Of a stretch of 64,000 nucleotides of DNA, positions 53,671 to 63,678 are shown piece after piece. Position 1 is the stretch's first letter. Each line of letters starts with the position of its first letter. Under the pieces are notes generated by a model that saw only the letters and a list, made by a program, of their open reading frames with translations, searched no databases and was not told the origin of the DNA. The translations under genes were made by a program, and so were the position numbers. Origin of the DNA: an uncultured Acidobacteriota bacterium (lineage in GTDB: Bacteria; Acidobacteriota; Vicinamibacteria; Vicinamibacterales; Fen-181); NCBI GenBank assembly GCA_963701315.1, contig OY969603.1, positions 3,159,320 to 3,223,319 of the forward strand, in the 5' to 3' direction.

Positions 53671-55054
53671 TGGACGGGCCGGCGACGCCCCTCGTCCCCC
53701 CGGCCGTCGAGGGCCGAGGTGCGCCGCACGGGTGGCTGCATGTCGCTTTCGGCCGGCGGTTCTTCCTGCTGGTTGGCGTGGGCCTCGTGTGGGCGATTCC
53801 GGCCTTCGCCAACCCGCGACTCGGCTATGCCATGCTCGCGTGGGACGTGCTCGTCCTGGCGGCGTGGGCCGCCGACCTGGTGGTGCTGCGCCGCGCGTCG
53901 CCCATCACGGTTCGCCGCGCCCTCCGCGCACCGGCAGCCCTCTCGGTCGAGTCGACCGTCGAACTCACCCTGGACAACGGATCGTCCGTTCCGGTGTCGG
54001 CGACCATCGTGGATGCCGTTCCCGCCGCGCTCCGGGAGGTTCCCCCGTCGGTGCACCTGCGCGCCGGGGCGGGCACGGCCGCGAGCGCGACGTACACGAA
54101 TCCGGCCGGGTGTTCGCGGCGAGGTGGGGATGGGCGATGCGTTCCTGCGCTGTCACGGGCCGCTCGGCATCGCCGAACGGTGGCTGCGAGCGCCGCTCGC
54201 GCAGACGCTGCGTGTCTACCCGAACCTCGAGGCCGCCAGGCGCGACACGATGTACCTGACCAGGAGCCGCCAGAATCGCCCTCGAGAGGCGCTACGCACG
54301 CCGGCCCGGAGCTGGCCGCGAATTCGACCGCCTGCGCGAGTACCGCGAGGGCGACGAGTTCCGCGACGTCTGCTGGACGGCCTCTGCCAGGCGCGGCAAG
54401 CTGGTGACGCGCACCTACCAGGCCGAGCGGAGCCAGACGGTGTGGCTCGTCGTCGACTGCGGGCGGCTGATGCGAGCCCGCATCGGCCGCCTCAGCAAGC
54501 TCGACTACGCGGTCGACGCCGCGCTCAGCCTCGCGCAGGTCGCGCTCTACTGCGGGGATCGGGTCGGCCTACTCGCCTACGGCCGCACCGTGCAACACCG
54601 GGTCCCGGCCGCGCGGGGGGCTCCGCATCTGCGGGCGCTGATCGATCGGCTGTCGGTGGTGAGGGAGGAGGTCGCGGAAGCCGACCACCTGAACGCCGCG
54701 GGCCGCCTCCTGAGCGACCAGAAGCGCCGCAGTCTGATCGTCTGGCTGACCGACCTGGCCGAGACCGCGATGACGCCCGAAGTGGTCGAGGCGGCGTCGC
54801 GGATGATGCCCAGGCACCTGGTTCTCTTCGCCGTCATCGGCCAGCCGGATCTGCAGGCCTTGGCCGCGCGCGAGCCCGTCGACGAAACGCAGATGTTCCA
54901 GACGGCCGCGGCGCAGGAAATGCTCCTCCGCCGCGAACGGTTGCTGGCCCGCCTGCGCGAACGCGGCGTGCTCGCGCTCGAGGCCGATTCGGCCACGCTC
55001 TCACCTGCCGTGGTGAACACCTACCTGGCCGTCAAGGAACGCAACCGGCTCTGA
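53667..55054 (+). CDS. DUF58 (vWA-like) protein, MoxR partner; two single-base frameshifts (54099-54100 and 54279-54281)
   Basis: Three frames join into ...SATYT-IRPGVRGEVGMGDAFLRCHGPLGIAER...YLTRSRQ..-LERRYARRPGAGREFDRLREYREGDEFRDVCWTASARRGKLVTRTYQAERSQTVWLVVDCG.... Start overlaps the MoxR stop. Confidence 0.8.
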
Positions 55055-55077
55055 CATCCCGTGTCCGCGCACCGACG

Positions 55078-56050
55078 CTACCGGTCGGACTCCGCGCCCG
55101 CCCGTGCCACGCCGGGTTGCGCGAGGTAGACCACGAAGAGCGTGAAGAGGGCCGCGGCCATCAGGAACTTCAAGGCGGGCGGCAGGCCCGTCGGCGACAC
55201 GAACGCCTCGATGAGGCCCGCCAGGATGAGAATCGGGACGACGCCGAGCAGGAGCCGGGCCGCGGCCGTGCCGGCGCGGGAGAGCGAGTCGCCGCGCGGC
55301 AGCGTCCCGGGAAACAGCAGACCCTGCGCGATGCGCAGCCCCGCCCCGCCGGCGATGAAGATGGCCGGCAGCTCGAGCACGCCGTGCGGCGCGACGAAGC
55401 TCCACAGCGCGAGGCTCATGCCCGCGGCCGCGCAGGCGGTTCCGATGACGCCGATCATCAGCCCGTTCAGGGCCATCATGTAGATGGTGCCGAGGCCGCC
55501 CGTGATCCCGAGCGCGAAGGTGGTGAAGGCGACGCTCATGTTGTTGGTCATGATCGCGCTCGACGCCAGCGGCTTGATCGCCAGGATCGAGTGCGTCCAC
55601 ATCTGGCGGCGCTCAATGGTCTCGACCAGCTGCGGCCCCAGGATCCGCACCTTGAAGTCCGGGTCCAGGACGGTCAGCAGGGCGCCCACGAGGGCGGCGA
55701 CCGCGAAGATGGCGACGGCCGTCAGGCAGTGCGGCAGGTGGTCGCGCACGACGCGCGGATAGGTCGCCACGAAGGCCGCCACTCCTGCCGCGGCACTCCC
55801 CTGCCGGCCCGCGTAGATGGTATTGTGGGCGCGCGCCAGGAGCTGGTTCAGGTACCGGGCGAAATGGGGCGAGCTCGGGTCCTCGCGCACGGCGGCAAGG
55901 TCGGCGGCCGTCTGCCGGTAGAGCAGGCTCAGCTCGCGCAGCTCGTCGCGCGTGAGCGACGACAGCCCCTTCCGGCCCGTGGCGTCGAGCAACGCCTCGA
56001 GCCGGTCCCAGTACCGGCTTCCGCTTGGCGAGCCAGTGAGTGGAGATCAC
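55078..56050 (-). CDS. stage II sporulation protein M-like (DUF95) integral membrane protein; single-base frameshift at 56014
   Basis: Body is in ORF 55078..55992. The upstream frame gives (V)ISTHWLAKRKP, and removing base 56014 joins it to YWDRLEALLDATGRKGLSSLTRDELRELSLLYRQ, the usual N-terminal pattern of this family. Confidence 0.7.
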
Positions 56051-56052
56051 AG

Positions 56053-56829
56053 GTGCATCCGACCGACGAGCTGCACATCGACACACCCGAGCAAGTCGCC
56101 CTCGAGCTGCCGCTGGCCGGCATCGGCAGCCGGTTCCTCGCCCTCGCGGTGGATACTCTACTGCAGACGGTCCTCTACGCCGCGCTCGGCATCCTGGCCA
56201 TCGTCGTCACGGCCGGCACCGGGCTCGGCTGGACGGCCTGGTTCCTTCGCGCGTTCGGGAGTTTCGCGCCAGCAATCCTCCTGTTCGCGGCCTTCTGCAT
56301 CTACTGGGGGTACTTCGCGGCCTTCGAAGCGTTCTGGAAGGGCCAGACCCCGGGTAAACGCTACGCCGGCATCCGCGTGCTGAAGGAGTCCGGCCGCCCG
56401 ATCACCCTGTTCGAGGCCACGGCGCGAAACCTCATGCGCGCCATCGACGGCCTGCCGGTGCTCTACGGCATCGGCGTGGTCGTCATGACCATCAGCCGGG
56501 AGCACCGGCGCCTGGGCGACTACGTGGCCGGCACCGTGGTCGTGCACGACAAGGCCACCGCCGACGTCCGCCCCTACCTCGACGCAAGCCGGTCCTCGCT
56601 GCCCCTCGTGGCGGGCGCCAACCGCATCACCAACGACGAGCTCCTGCTCATCGAGACCTACCTGCGCCGCCGCGCCGAGTTCGACGAGGCGGTTCGCCGC
56701 CGGACGGCGGAGGAGATCGCCGCCAGAATCCGCGCCAAGCTGGGACTGACGGACGACCAAGTCACCAGCCCCGACGCATTCCTGGAAGCCATCGCGCAGC
56801 AGACGCGCGACGGCGCCCGCTTCCGCTGA
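56053..56829 (+). CDS. RDD family membrane protein
   Basis: TPEQVALELPLAGIGSRFLALAVDTLL..., GKRYAGIRV and the RLGDYVAGTVVV signature. GTG at 56053 inside the composite ORF 53719..56829. Confidence 0.8.
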   Translation: MHPTDELHIDTPEQVALELPLAGIGSRFLALAVDTLLQTVLYAALGILAIVVTAGTGLGWTAWFLRAFGSFAPAILLFAAFCIYWGYFAAFEAFWKGQTPGKRYAGIRVLKESGRPITLFEATARNLMRAIDGLPVLYGIGVVVMTISREHRRLGDYVAGTVVVHDKATADVRPYLDASRSSLPLVAGANRITNDELLLIETYLRRRAEFDEAVRRRTAEEIAARIRAKLGLTDDQVTSPDAFLEAIAQQTRDGARFR

Positions 56830-56867
56830 CACCACGGCGCTGAGGCCGCTGCCCGGCGCGGCCAGCG

Positions 56868-58854
56868 TCAGCTCGGCGAGCCGTCTCCCGCTCCGGTCGC
56901 CACGCCCGCTTCCGTCGGCCCTCCGAGGGTTCGCGGGTCGACCGTCAACTGCTCCAGCCGCGCCGCCATCTCCCTCGTCATCGACTCCTGGAACCGCCCG
57001 TGCAGGTACCGGGCGAGGAACGCTTCGGCCGTGGCAAACGTCGCCAGGCTGTTCTCCGGCCGCGCGAAGCCGTGCCCCTCGTCCGGCGCGACGATGTAGA
57101 CGACGGGGAAGCCGCGGTCGCGCAGCGCGACGACAATCTGGTCGGACTCCCGCTTCTTCACGCGCGGGTCGTTCGCCCCCTGGATGACCATCAGGGGCGT
57201 CCGGATGTGCGCCGCCGAGTTCAAGGGCGACTGGCGGTCGAGGCGCGCCCGGCCCTCCGGTGTCGACGGATCGCCCATCCGCTGGTGAAACAATGTGCGA
57301 ACGGCTTCCCAATACGGCGGGATCGAGTCGAGGAGCGTGATCAGGTTCGACGGGCCGACGATCGAGACGGCGGCCGCGTAGACGCCCGGCGTGAAGGCGA
57401 CCCCGGCCAAGGTCGCGTAGCCCCCGTAGGACCCGCCCATGATGGCGACGCGTCGCGGGTCGGCGAGGCCCCGGGCGACCAGGTGTTTGACGCCCCAGGT
57501 CAGGTCGTCCTGCATCTTGTCGCCCCACTGCCGGTTGCCCGCGTCGAGAAACCGCTTCCCGTAGCCCATCGACCCCCGGAAGTTGGGCTGGAGCACCGCG
57601 TAGCCCCGGTTGGCGAGGAACTGAGCGAACGGGTTGTAGCCCCAGGTGTCCCGCGCCCACGGTCCGCCGTGCGGGACGACGACCAGCGGCAGGTTCTCGG
57701 CCGACACGCCCTTGGGGAGTGTGAGGTAGGCCGGAATCTCGAGGCCGTCCGACGAGGGATACCGGATGGGCGTCATCGGCGCGAGCGCCTCGCGCGGCAG
57801 CTGCTCGCGCAGACGGTACTGGAGCGTGAGCGTCCTGGCCTGCCGATCGAACAGGTAGGCCGCGCCCGGATCGACGTCGCTGTAGGCGCTGATGAGAAAC
57901 AGCCGCTCGTCGAGCGTGCCCGACGCAAACCCAATCTCGTGGTCCGGCAGCCTAGCGGCCAGGAAGGCGTAGTCGGCCTCGAAGGCCTGGTTCTTCCAGT
58001 AGAACCGCGTCCGGTCGTCCACGTAGATGGTCGCGAGGATCTGGTCGGTCCGCTCCGAGAACTCCACCATGTGGAGGTCCACGCGCCCGAGCGGATCCGA
58101 CTCGACCAGGTCCTCGTGCGCCGTCTGCAGGTCGAGCAGGACGAGCCGCGTGAGATCCGCGTCGCCCTTGTTCGTCTCCACGTAGACGCGGCGTCCGTCC
58201 GCGTGGAACCGCAGGGGCGTGCACGACTCGAAGACGCTGCAGCTGTAGAACTTCGTGTACGTCCCGTCGGGCTCCAGGCGGAGCAGTTCCGTGTCGCCGT
58301 TCTCGGCCGACCGCGTCGCCAGCCGCAAGGTGTCCGTCAGGTCGAAGACATAGCCGGTCAGCCGATCGACGTTCGTGGTGATCAAGGTCCGGTGGCCCGA
58401 CGAGATCCGCATGCTGTAGAGGTCGTGCCACGCCGGGTCCCGATCGTTCAGGCCGACGTAGAGCGCGTCGGGATCGCTTTTCGGCACGGCGACGATCGTC
58501 GCGCGCACGCCCTTCGTTTCGGTCAGGTTCCTCGCCGCCGGCACGCCCGTCTCCGGGGTGGAGGGTGAGGACGGGTCGACCGCGTACACGTTGAAGTTCT
58601 CGTCGCCTCCCTGGTCCTGGACGAAGAGGACGTACTTCCCGTCCCGCGACCAGAAATAGCCCGGGATGGGACGGGTGTCGGCGGTAATCGGCCGCGCCTG
58701 GTCGAAGGGTTCTTCAGTGCGCTTGACCCAGAGGTTTCGCGTGCCGCGGAAGGGCCTGAGGAAGGCGATGAACGTCCCATCGGGCGAGATCTGCGCGGCA
58801 GGAGATCTCGGGGTCACCGAAGAACTGCTCACGGTCGATGAGATCGGGCAGCAT
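56868..58854 (-). CDS. S9-family serine peptidase (prolyl oligopeptidase/dipeptidyl aminopeptidase type); single-base frameshift at 58800
   Basis: Catalytic GGSYGGY and a C-terminal DEGHGF. The N-terminus MLPDLIDREQFFGDPEIS is in the frame of ORF 58714..58944 and joins AAQISPDGTFIAFL in ORF 56868..58949 if base 58800 is removed. Confidence 0.85.
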
Positions 58855-59038
58855 GTCTGCCTCCAACAGGAGATCGAACCCGCAGAACCGCAACGAGACG
58901 ACGCGGCCGCGGGAAACCCGGGCAGTCCTGGCCGGTCCAGGCACGTCAATCGAACTCAGCCCTGAACGTCCGATTTTACTACCACGGCGGTCGAGCGACC
59001 TGGGGAGCCACCTGGCTCGCCCGTTCGAGGGTTCGTGG

Positions 59039-59068
59039 TTGGAGCCTGGCTGGAGGGCACACTACAAT
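59039..59068 (+). promoter_or_regulatory. candidate promoter TTGGAG-18-TACAAT, 6 nt upstream of the ATG at 59075
   Basis: Hexamers read by eye. No Shine-Dalgarno sequence. Predicts a leaderless mRNA. Confidence 0.35.
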
Positions 59069-59074
59069 CCGCCC

Positions 59075-59656
59075 ATGTCGTTCCTCTCCCGCCTCTTCAA
59101 TCCCGCTGGGCGCGCGGCGGCGCGCGAGCTCGAGCGCCGTCTCGAGGCGTTCCGGGCCGAGATCGCCGCGGCACGCGAGCCGGCCGTGGCAACCCCCGAG
59201 GCGTTCGACCCATTGCGCGGACGGCCCACCGAGCTGGGACTCTCTGCCGAGGACGTGGAGCTCGAGCTGGAGTGGATCGACGGTCTGCGGGACGCGGCCG
59301 TCCTCAGGCAGGCGCTCGACGGCGGTGCGGCGCTGCCCGTGGTGCCGACCAGCCACCGCGCCGTGGCGGGCGAGGTGTGCCATCTCCTCGCGGCCGTCTC
59401 TCGGCCCGATGTGGCCGGGGAGCAGGGCGGGAAGCTGTTCATCACGGACCGACGCCTGCTCTACCTCGGATTCTCCACCTTGTCCGTCGGCTGGCCGCAC
59501 GTCGTGTCGGTCACCAGCGCCGACCGCGACCTCGTCGTCCGCGCCCGCCCGGACCGCTTGTTGCGTTTTCGCTGCAACGCCTACAGCGACGCGCTCTGCG
59601 GCGTGGTGATCGCGTCGCAGTTGCTGCCGCATCGCCCCACCCCGACGTCGAGCTGA
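59075..59656 (+). CDS. hypothetical protein with PH/GRAM-like C-terminal segment
   Basis: GKLFITDRRLLYLGFSTLSVGWPHVVSV resembles bacterial PH-type domains. Internal ATG of ORF 58838..59656. Confidence 0.5.
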   Translation: MSFLSRLFNPAGRAAARELERRLEAFRAEIAAAREPAVATPEAFDPLRGRPTELGLSAEDVELELEWIDGLRDAAVLRQALDGGAALPVVPTSHRAVAGEVCHLLAAVSRPDVAGEQGGKLFITDRRLLYLGFSTLSVGWPHVVSVTSADRDLVVRARPDRLLRFRCNAYSDALCGVVIASQLLPHRPTPTSS

Positions 59657-59681
59657 TCGACCAGGCGCGTCCGGGATGCCG

Positions 59682-60140
59682 TCAGCGGCGGTCCGTGCCT
59701 CCGCCGCGCGGGTAGACCCCCGCCACGGCGACCTCGGCGGCTTGCCGTGCCGTGGTCTGGACGGCGCGCACCATCGACATCAACCCCAGACCCTTCCCCA
59801 TCGAGATGTCGCGGCGGAAGATGTCGAAGACGATGTCCGGCGACACCGTCGCAATCTCCGCCGGCGGAAGGCCCGACAACGCCCGGTCGAGGATCACCGC
59901 GAGCGCTTTCGCCGAGACCCCGCTGGGGTTCTCGACGGCAAAGTGCAGGCGCATCGTGCCGTCTTCTCCCAGCACGCCCCAGACGTACGCCTCCGACTCG
60001 CACGCCGGGACCCGGTGACGCGCGGGAAAGGGCCGCGCCGCCACCTCGGGCGGGACCTCCCGGAACCGGTCCGCCAGATCGATGAGCAGGGCGGCCCGAC
60101 CGGCCAGATCGCCGGCCATTTCTAGCGCGTCGATCGCCAC
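59682..60140 (-). CDS. SufE-family sulfur acceptor protein
   Basis: HRVPACESEAYVWG (conserved Cys context) and FDIFRRDISMGKGLGLMSMV. Confidence 0.8.
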   Translation of the reverse strand: MAIDALEMAGDLAGRAALLIDLADRFREVPPEVAARPFPARHRVPACESEAYVWGVLGEDGTMRLHFAVENPSGVSAKALAVILDRALSGLPPAEIATVSPDIVFDIFRRDISMGKGLGLMSMVRAVQTTARQAAEVAVAGVYPRGGGTDRR

Positions 60141-60209
60141 GTCGAGCCGTCCGGGCCGAGCAGCCAGAGCGGTCTCCTTTCTTGCCGGGCGGGCGCCCGT
60201 CTCTCCGGC

Positions 60210-61097
60210 CTATCGCTCGATGGGCACCCCGACCAGATTTCCCCACTCGGTCCAGCTGCCGTCGTAGTTCCGGACCGTGGAGAAGCCGAGGAGGTACTTC
60301 AGGACGAACCAGGTGTGGCTGCTGCGCTCACCGATGCGGCAGTAGGCCACCACCTCGCGGTCGGGCGTGAGCCCGTGTTCCTCGACGTAGATCCCGCGAA
60401 GTTCCGCGGCCGTCTTGAAGGTGCCGTCACCCGGGTTGACGGCGCGGGACCAGGGGATGCTCTGCGCCCCGGGGATGTGACCCCCGCGCAGCGCGCCTTC
60501 GTTCGGGTAGTCCGGCATGTGCAGGCGCTCGCCGGAGAACTCCTCCGGGCTCCGCACGTCGACCAACTGGCCCTTCTTCTCCACGACTCCGAGGACGCCG
60601 TCACGAAACATCCGGTTCGTCGAGTCGTCGCGGTGCGGCGCGCCGTAGCGCGACGCATCGAACCGGGGCACGGTGCGGGTCATCGGCCGTTTCTCCTGTT
60701 CCCACTTCACCCGCCCGCCGTCCATGATGCGGGCTCGGGTGTGGCCGAACAGCTCGAAGGCCCACAGGGCGTAGCACGCCCACCAGTTGTTCTTGTCGCC
60801 GTAGAAGACGACGGTCGTCTCCGGGGTGATCCCGAGCCGGGACAGCAGGGCCGCGAAGGCGTCCGGCCCGAGGTAGTCGCGCCGGAGTTGGTCATTCAGG
60901 TCGGCCGTCCAGTCGACGTGAGCGGCGCCTGGGATGTGGCCCGAGGCATAGAGCAACGTGTCTTCGTTCGACTCGATCAGCCGGACGGACTGGTCCTCGA
61001 GGTGCACGTGCACCCACTCGGTGCTCACCAGCGCTTCCGGATGCGCATAGCCGCGCTGTCCGATGTCCTTGATGGTCGTGTGGCGTTCCGGGCTCAT
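60210..61097 (-). CDS. thiosulfate/3-mercaptopyruvate sulfurtransferase (tandem rhodanese)
   Basis: Active-site loop [13 protein letters not shown] and GHIPGA in both halves. GAAGGAG upstream of the ATG. Confidence 0.9.
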   Translation of the reverse strand: MSPERHTTIKDIGQRGYAHPEALVSTEWVHVHLEDQSVRLIESNEDTLLYASGHIPGAAHVDWTADLNDQLRRDYLGPDAFAALLSRLGITPETTVVFYGDKNNWWACYALWAFELFGHTRARIMDGGRVKWEQEKRPMTRTVPRFDASRYGAPHRDDSTNRMFRDGVLGVVEKKGQLVDVRSPEEFSGERLHMPDYPNEGALRGGHIPGAQSIPWSRAVNPGDGTFKTAAELRGIYVEEHGLTPDREVVAYCRIGERSSHTWFVLKYLLGFSTVRNYDGSWTEWGNLVGVPIER

Positions 61098-61120
61098 GGG
61101 GGCTCCTTCAGGGCAATCAA

Positions 61121-61149
61121 GCGGCCGGGCCCGAATGGCGCCCGGCCGC
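61121..61149. other. perfect 10-bp GC-rich stem (GCGGCCGGGC / GCCCGGCCGC) with 9-nt loop in a divergent intergenic region
   Basis: Arms at 61121-30 and 61140-49, 24 nt upstream of the sulfurtransferase start. No converging gene that it could terminate. Confidence 0.5.
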
Positions 61150-61282
61150 GGGAGGATTCAAGAGACTGTCAGTACTTGTCCCAGGCCATTATCTCGCCGT
61201 GCCGGCCCGCCCGCCAAACCGACGGTCGAGCCGGCCCGCGCGCCACTCGTTGCCGGTGACCCCGGCGTGGCACACTACGGGT

Positions 61283-61774
61283 ATGCTGCCTGCTGCACGC
61301 CGCGCTCTCGATCTGGTCCTCGGCGTCCACGGCGGGGAACCCTGGCACGGATTCTCCACCGTGCGCCTGCTCGACGGCCTCACCGCACGCCAGGCCGCGG
61401 CCCGGCCCGCTCCTGGTGTCCACTCGATCTGGGAGATCGTGCTCCACATGACCGCCTGGACCCGCGAGGTCACCTCGCGGCTGGGCGGCGCCGAGGCCAA
61501 GGAACCTGCCGACGGGGACTATCCGCCGGTGGGCGCACCGACCCGTGCTCGATGGCTCAGCGCGACCAAGGCGCTCGCGTCCGCACAGGCCGGCCTCGCG
61601 CGAGTCGCCAACCGTCTCGACAACGACCGGTGGCGCGCCCGCGTGCGATACCCCCGCGGACCGTTGGCGGACACAGACGTGACGACCCTCGGCACCTTGG
61701 AAGGGCTCGCCCTGCACCATGCCTATCACGGCGGGCAGATTGGCCTACTGAGGCGCTGGTTGGACTCGCGGTGA
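61283..61774 (+). CDS. DinB superfamily protein
   Basis: SIWEIVLHMTAW and LALHHAYHGGQIGLLRR (His-rich four-helix pattern). Internal ATG of ORF 61199..61774. Confidence 0.75.
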   Translation: MLPAARRALDLVLGVHGGEPWHGFSTVRLLDGLTARQAAARPAPGVHSIWEIVLHMTAWTREVTSRLGGAEAKEPADGDYPPVGAPTRARWLSATKALASAQAGLARVANRLDNDRWRARVRYPRGPLADTDVTTLGTLEGLALHHAYHGGQIGLLRRWLDSR

Positions 61775-61843
61775 GAGGCCGCCGCTCGGCGTGAGGCCAC
61801 CGGAGAGAGCGGTCGGGCGCGTGGCGCCCCTTCGAGGGCGGAG

Positions 61844-63508
61844 CTAGACCCCAACGACTTCTTGCTCCGCGTCCGGCATTGAAGTCGGCCGGGACGGCGC
61901 TGCCTTCCCGCCCGTCCGGTTGGCCCCCTTGTGATGGCTGGGTCGCTGCATCACCCAGATCAGCGGGGTTACGCAGAGGAAAAGCACGCCCAGAACCCTG
62001 AACATCTCGAGGAAGGTGAGCGCGTTTGCCTGCCTGATGACCTGCCCGTAGAGGATCCCCAAGGCGCGGTTCGCCCCGTCGGGTCCGGGCCCGCCGAGCC
62101 GCCCAAGCGAGCCCAGGGCGTGCTGGACCGCCGGGTTGTAGGGCGTGACGGCTTCGACCAGCCGTGCCTGGTGGAACTGGGCGCGGCGGGCGAGCTCCGT
62201 GGTCACGAACGAGATGCCGACGCTGGAGCCGATGTTGCGCGCCATGCTGAACAGGCTCGTGGCAAACCCCATGGACTCGAGCGGAATCGGGTCCATCGCG
62301 ATCGTCGCTAGCGGGGTGAAGACCATGGAGAGCCCGGCCCCCTGAATGATCTGTGGCCACAGGAAGTCCATGCCGGCGGCGTTCAGATTCAGCGTGCCGT
62401 AGCCGTAGAAGGCAATACTCGCCAAGACAAGCCCGGCGGTCAGCAGCAACCGGGGGTCGAATCGGCGGCCAAGGAGGACGCCGGTCAGCGGCAGCACGGC
62501 GAGCGTGCCCAGCCCGCGTGGGGACGTCCAGAATCCGGCGGTCTCGGCTGGAAACCCGAGCAACTCCTGCATGAAGAGCGGCAGCAGGACGAGGCTGCCG
62601 AAGAGCACGAAGCCGAGCACGGCGCCGATGAAGACACCTGTCGCAAAGGTGCGGAACCGCAGCAGGTGGAAGTCCACGAGCGGCTCGCGGGTCCGCAGTT
62701 CGCGGATCGTGAAGACGGTCAGCCCGACGGCGGCGAAGACGGCCAGCGTGACGATCATCCGCGAGCCGAACCAATCCTCCTCCTGGCCCTTGTCGAGCAT
62801 GATCTGGAAGGCACCCATGCCCACGACCAGAAGCCCGAAACCCCAGACGTCCAACCCTCTTGACACGCGCCGCAGGTAGGGAGGATCGGAGACGAACAGG
62901 TGCATCATCACGAGGCTGGCGATGCCGACCGGGAGGTTGACGTAGAAGACCCACCGCCAGGAGTAGTTGTCGGTGAGCCAGCCGCCAACCGTCGGACCGA
63001 GGATCGGGAACGCGATCATCCCGACGCCCCAGAAGGCCATCGCCTTGCCCCGCTCTTCGACCGGGAAGGACTCGAGGAGCACGGCCTGGGAGAGCGGCAC
63101 CAGCCCGCCGCCCGTGGACCCCTGCATCACCCGGAAGAAGATGAGCCAGCCCAGGCTGGGCGCAAATCCGCACAGGAGGCTGGACAGCGTGAAGCCGCTG
63201 ACGACCGTCATCAGCAGACGCTTGCGCCCGAAGTAGCTCGCCAGCCAGCCCGACATCGGCAGGATGATGGCGTTGGCAACCAGATAGGACGTCAGGACCC
63301 AGGTCGCCTCCTCGGCGGTTGCCGAGAACGACCCGGCGATGTGGCGGAGGCTGACGTTGACAACCGACGTGTCCAGCATCTCCATCGCCGCGCTGGCCAT
63401 CACGGCAATGGCGGGCAGCCACCGGCTCAGGCCCGGCGGTGGCACGGCGTGTTCGACGCCGGGTCCTCGCGCCGGGCGGGGCTGAGGCGACGACGGCCGC
63501 GGACTCAT
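61844..63508 (-). CDS. MFS transporter, DHA2/EmrB-like 14-TMS drug:H+ antiporter family
   Basis: LDTSVVNVSLRHIAG, GWLASYFGRKRLL and FFRVMQGSTGGGLVPLSQA. ATG at 63508 inside ORF 61844..63694. Confidence 0.9.
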   Translation of the reverse strand: MSPRPSSPQPRPARGPGVEHAVPPPGLSRWLPAIAVMASAAMEMLDTSVVNVSLRHIAGSFSATAEEATWVLTSYLVANAIILPMSGWLASYFGRKRLLMTVVSGFTLSSLLCGFAPSLGWLIFFRVMQGSTGGGLVPLSQAVLLESFPVEERGKAMAFWGVGMIAFPILGPTVGGWLTDNYSWRWVFYVNLPVGIASLVMMHLFVSDPPYLRRVSRGLDVWGFGLLVVGMGAFQIMLDKGQEEDWFGSRMIVTLAVFAAVGLTVFTIRELRTREPLVDFHLLRFRTFATGVFIGAVLGFVLFGSLVLLPLFMQELLGFPAETAGFWTSPRGLGTLAVLPLTGVLLGRRFDPRLLLTAGLVLASIAFYGYGTLNLNAAGMDFLWPQIIQGAGLSMVFTPLATIAMDPIPLESMGFATSLFSMARNIGSSVGISFVTTELARRAQFHQARLVEAVTPYNPAVQHALGSLGRLGGPGPDGANRALGILYGQVIRQANALTFLEMFRVLGVLFLCVTPLIWVMQRPSHHKGANRTGGKAAPSRPTSMPDAEQEVVGV

Positions 63509-63678
63509 GGCCGCCGCCTCTTCGGACGATGGGATGTCGGTGACGTTCACGTCCGTTGGGACACGGGGGGCGTGCGCCCACCATACTACTACTGCTCCGC
63601 CGGACTCCGCTGGCCAGAATTCGGGGTAAGGGGGTATCCACTTGACTAAGGTAGCCACAACCCGTAGTCTGTCGGGTC

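Noticed and set aside
53719-56829. 1036-aa plus-strand ORF read as one protein
   Set aside because: It is a composite. Only 54100-54280 (the middle DUF58 segment) and 56053-56829 (RDD) are coding in this frame. The stretch between is antisense to the SpoIIM-like gene.
58872-58883. tRNA T-loop-like string (minus strand GCGGGTTCGATCTCC)
   Set aside because: The flanks do not form a T-stem, acceptor stem or anticodon arm. This is a chance resemblance within the S9 peptidase 5' region.
59056-59065. 10-mer GGCACACTAC shared with 61269-61278, both just upstream of start codons
   Set aside because: The spacing to the start codon differs (9 versus 4 nt). A rough count of possible pairings among about 60 upstream regions makes one chance 10-mer match unsurprising.
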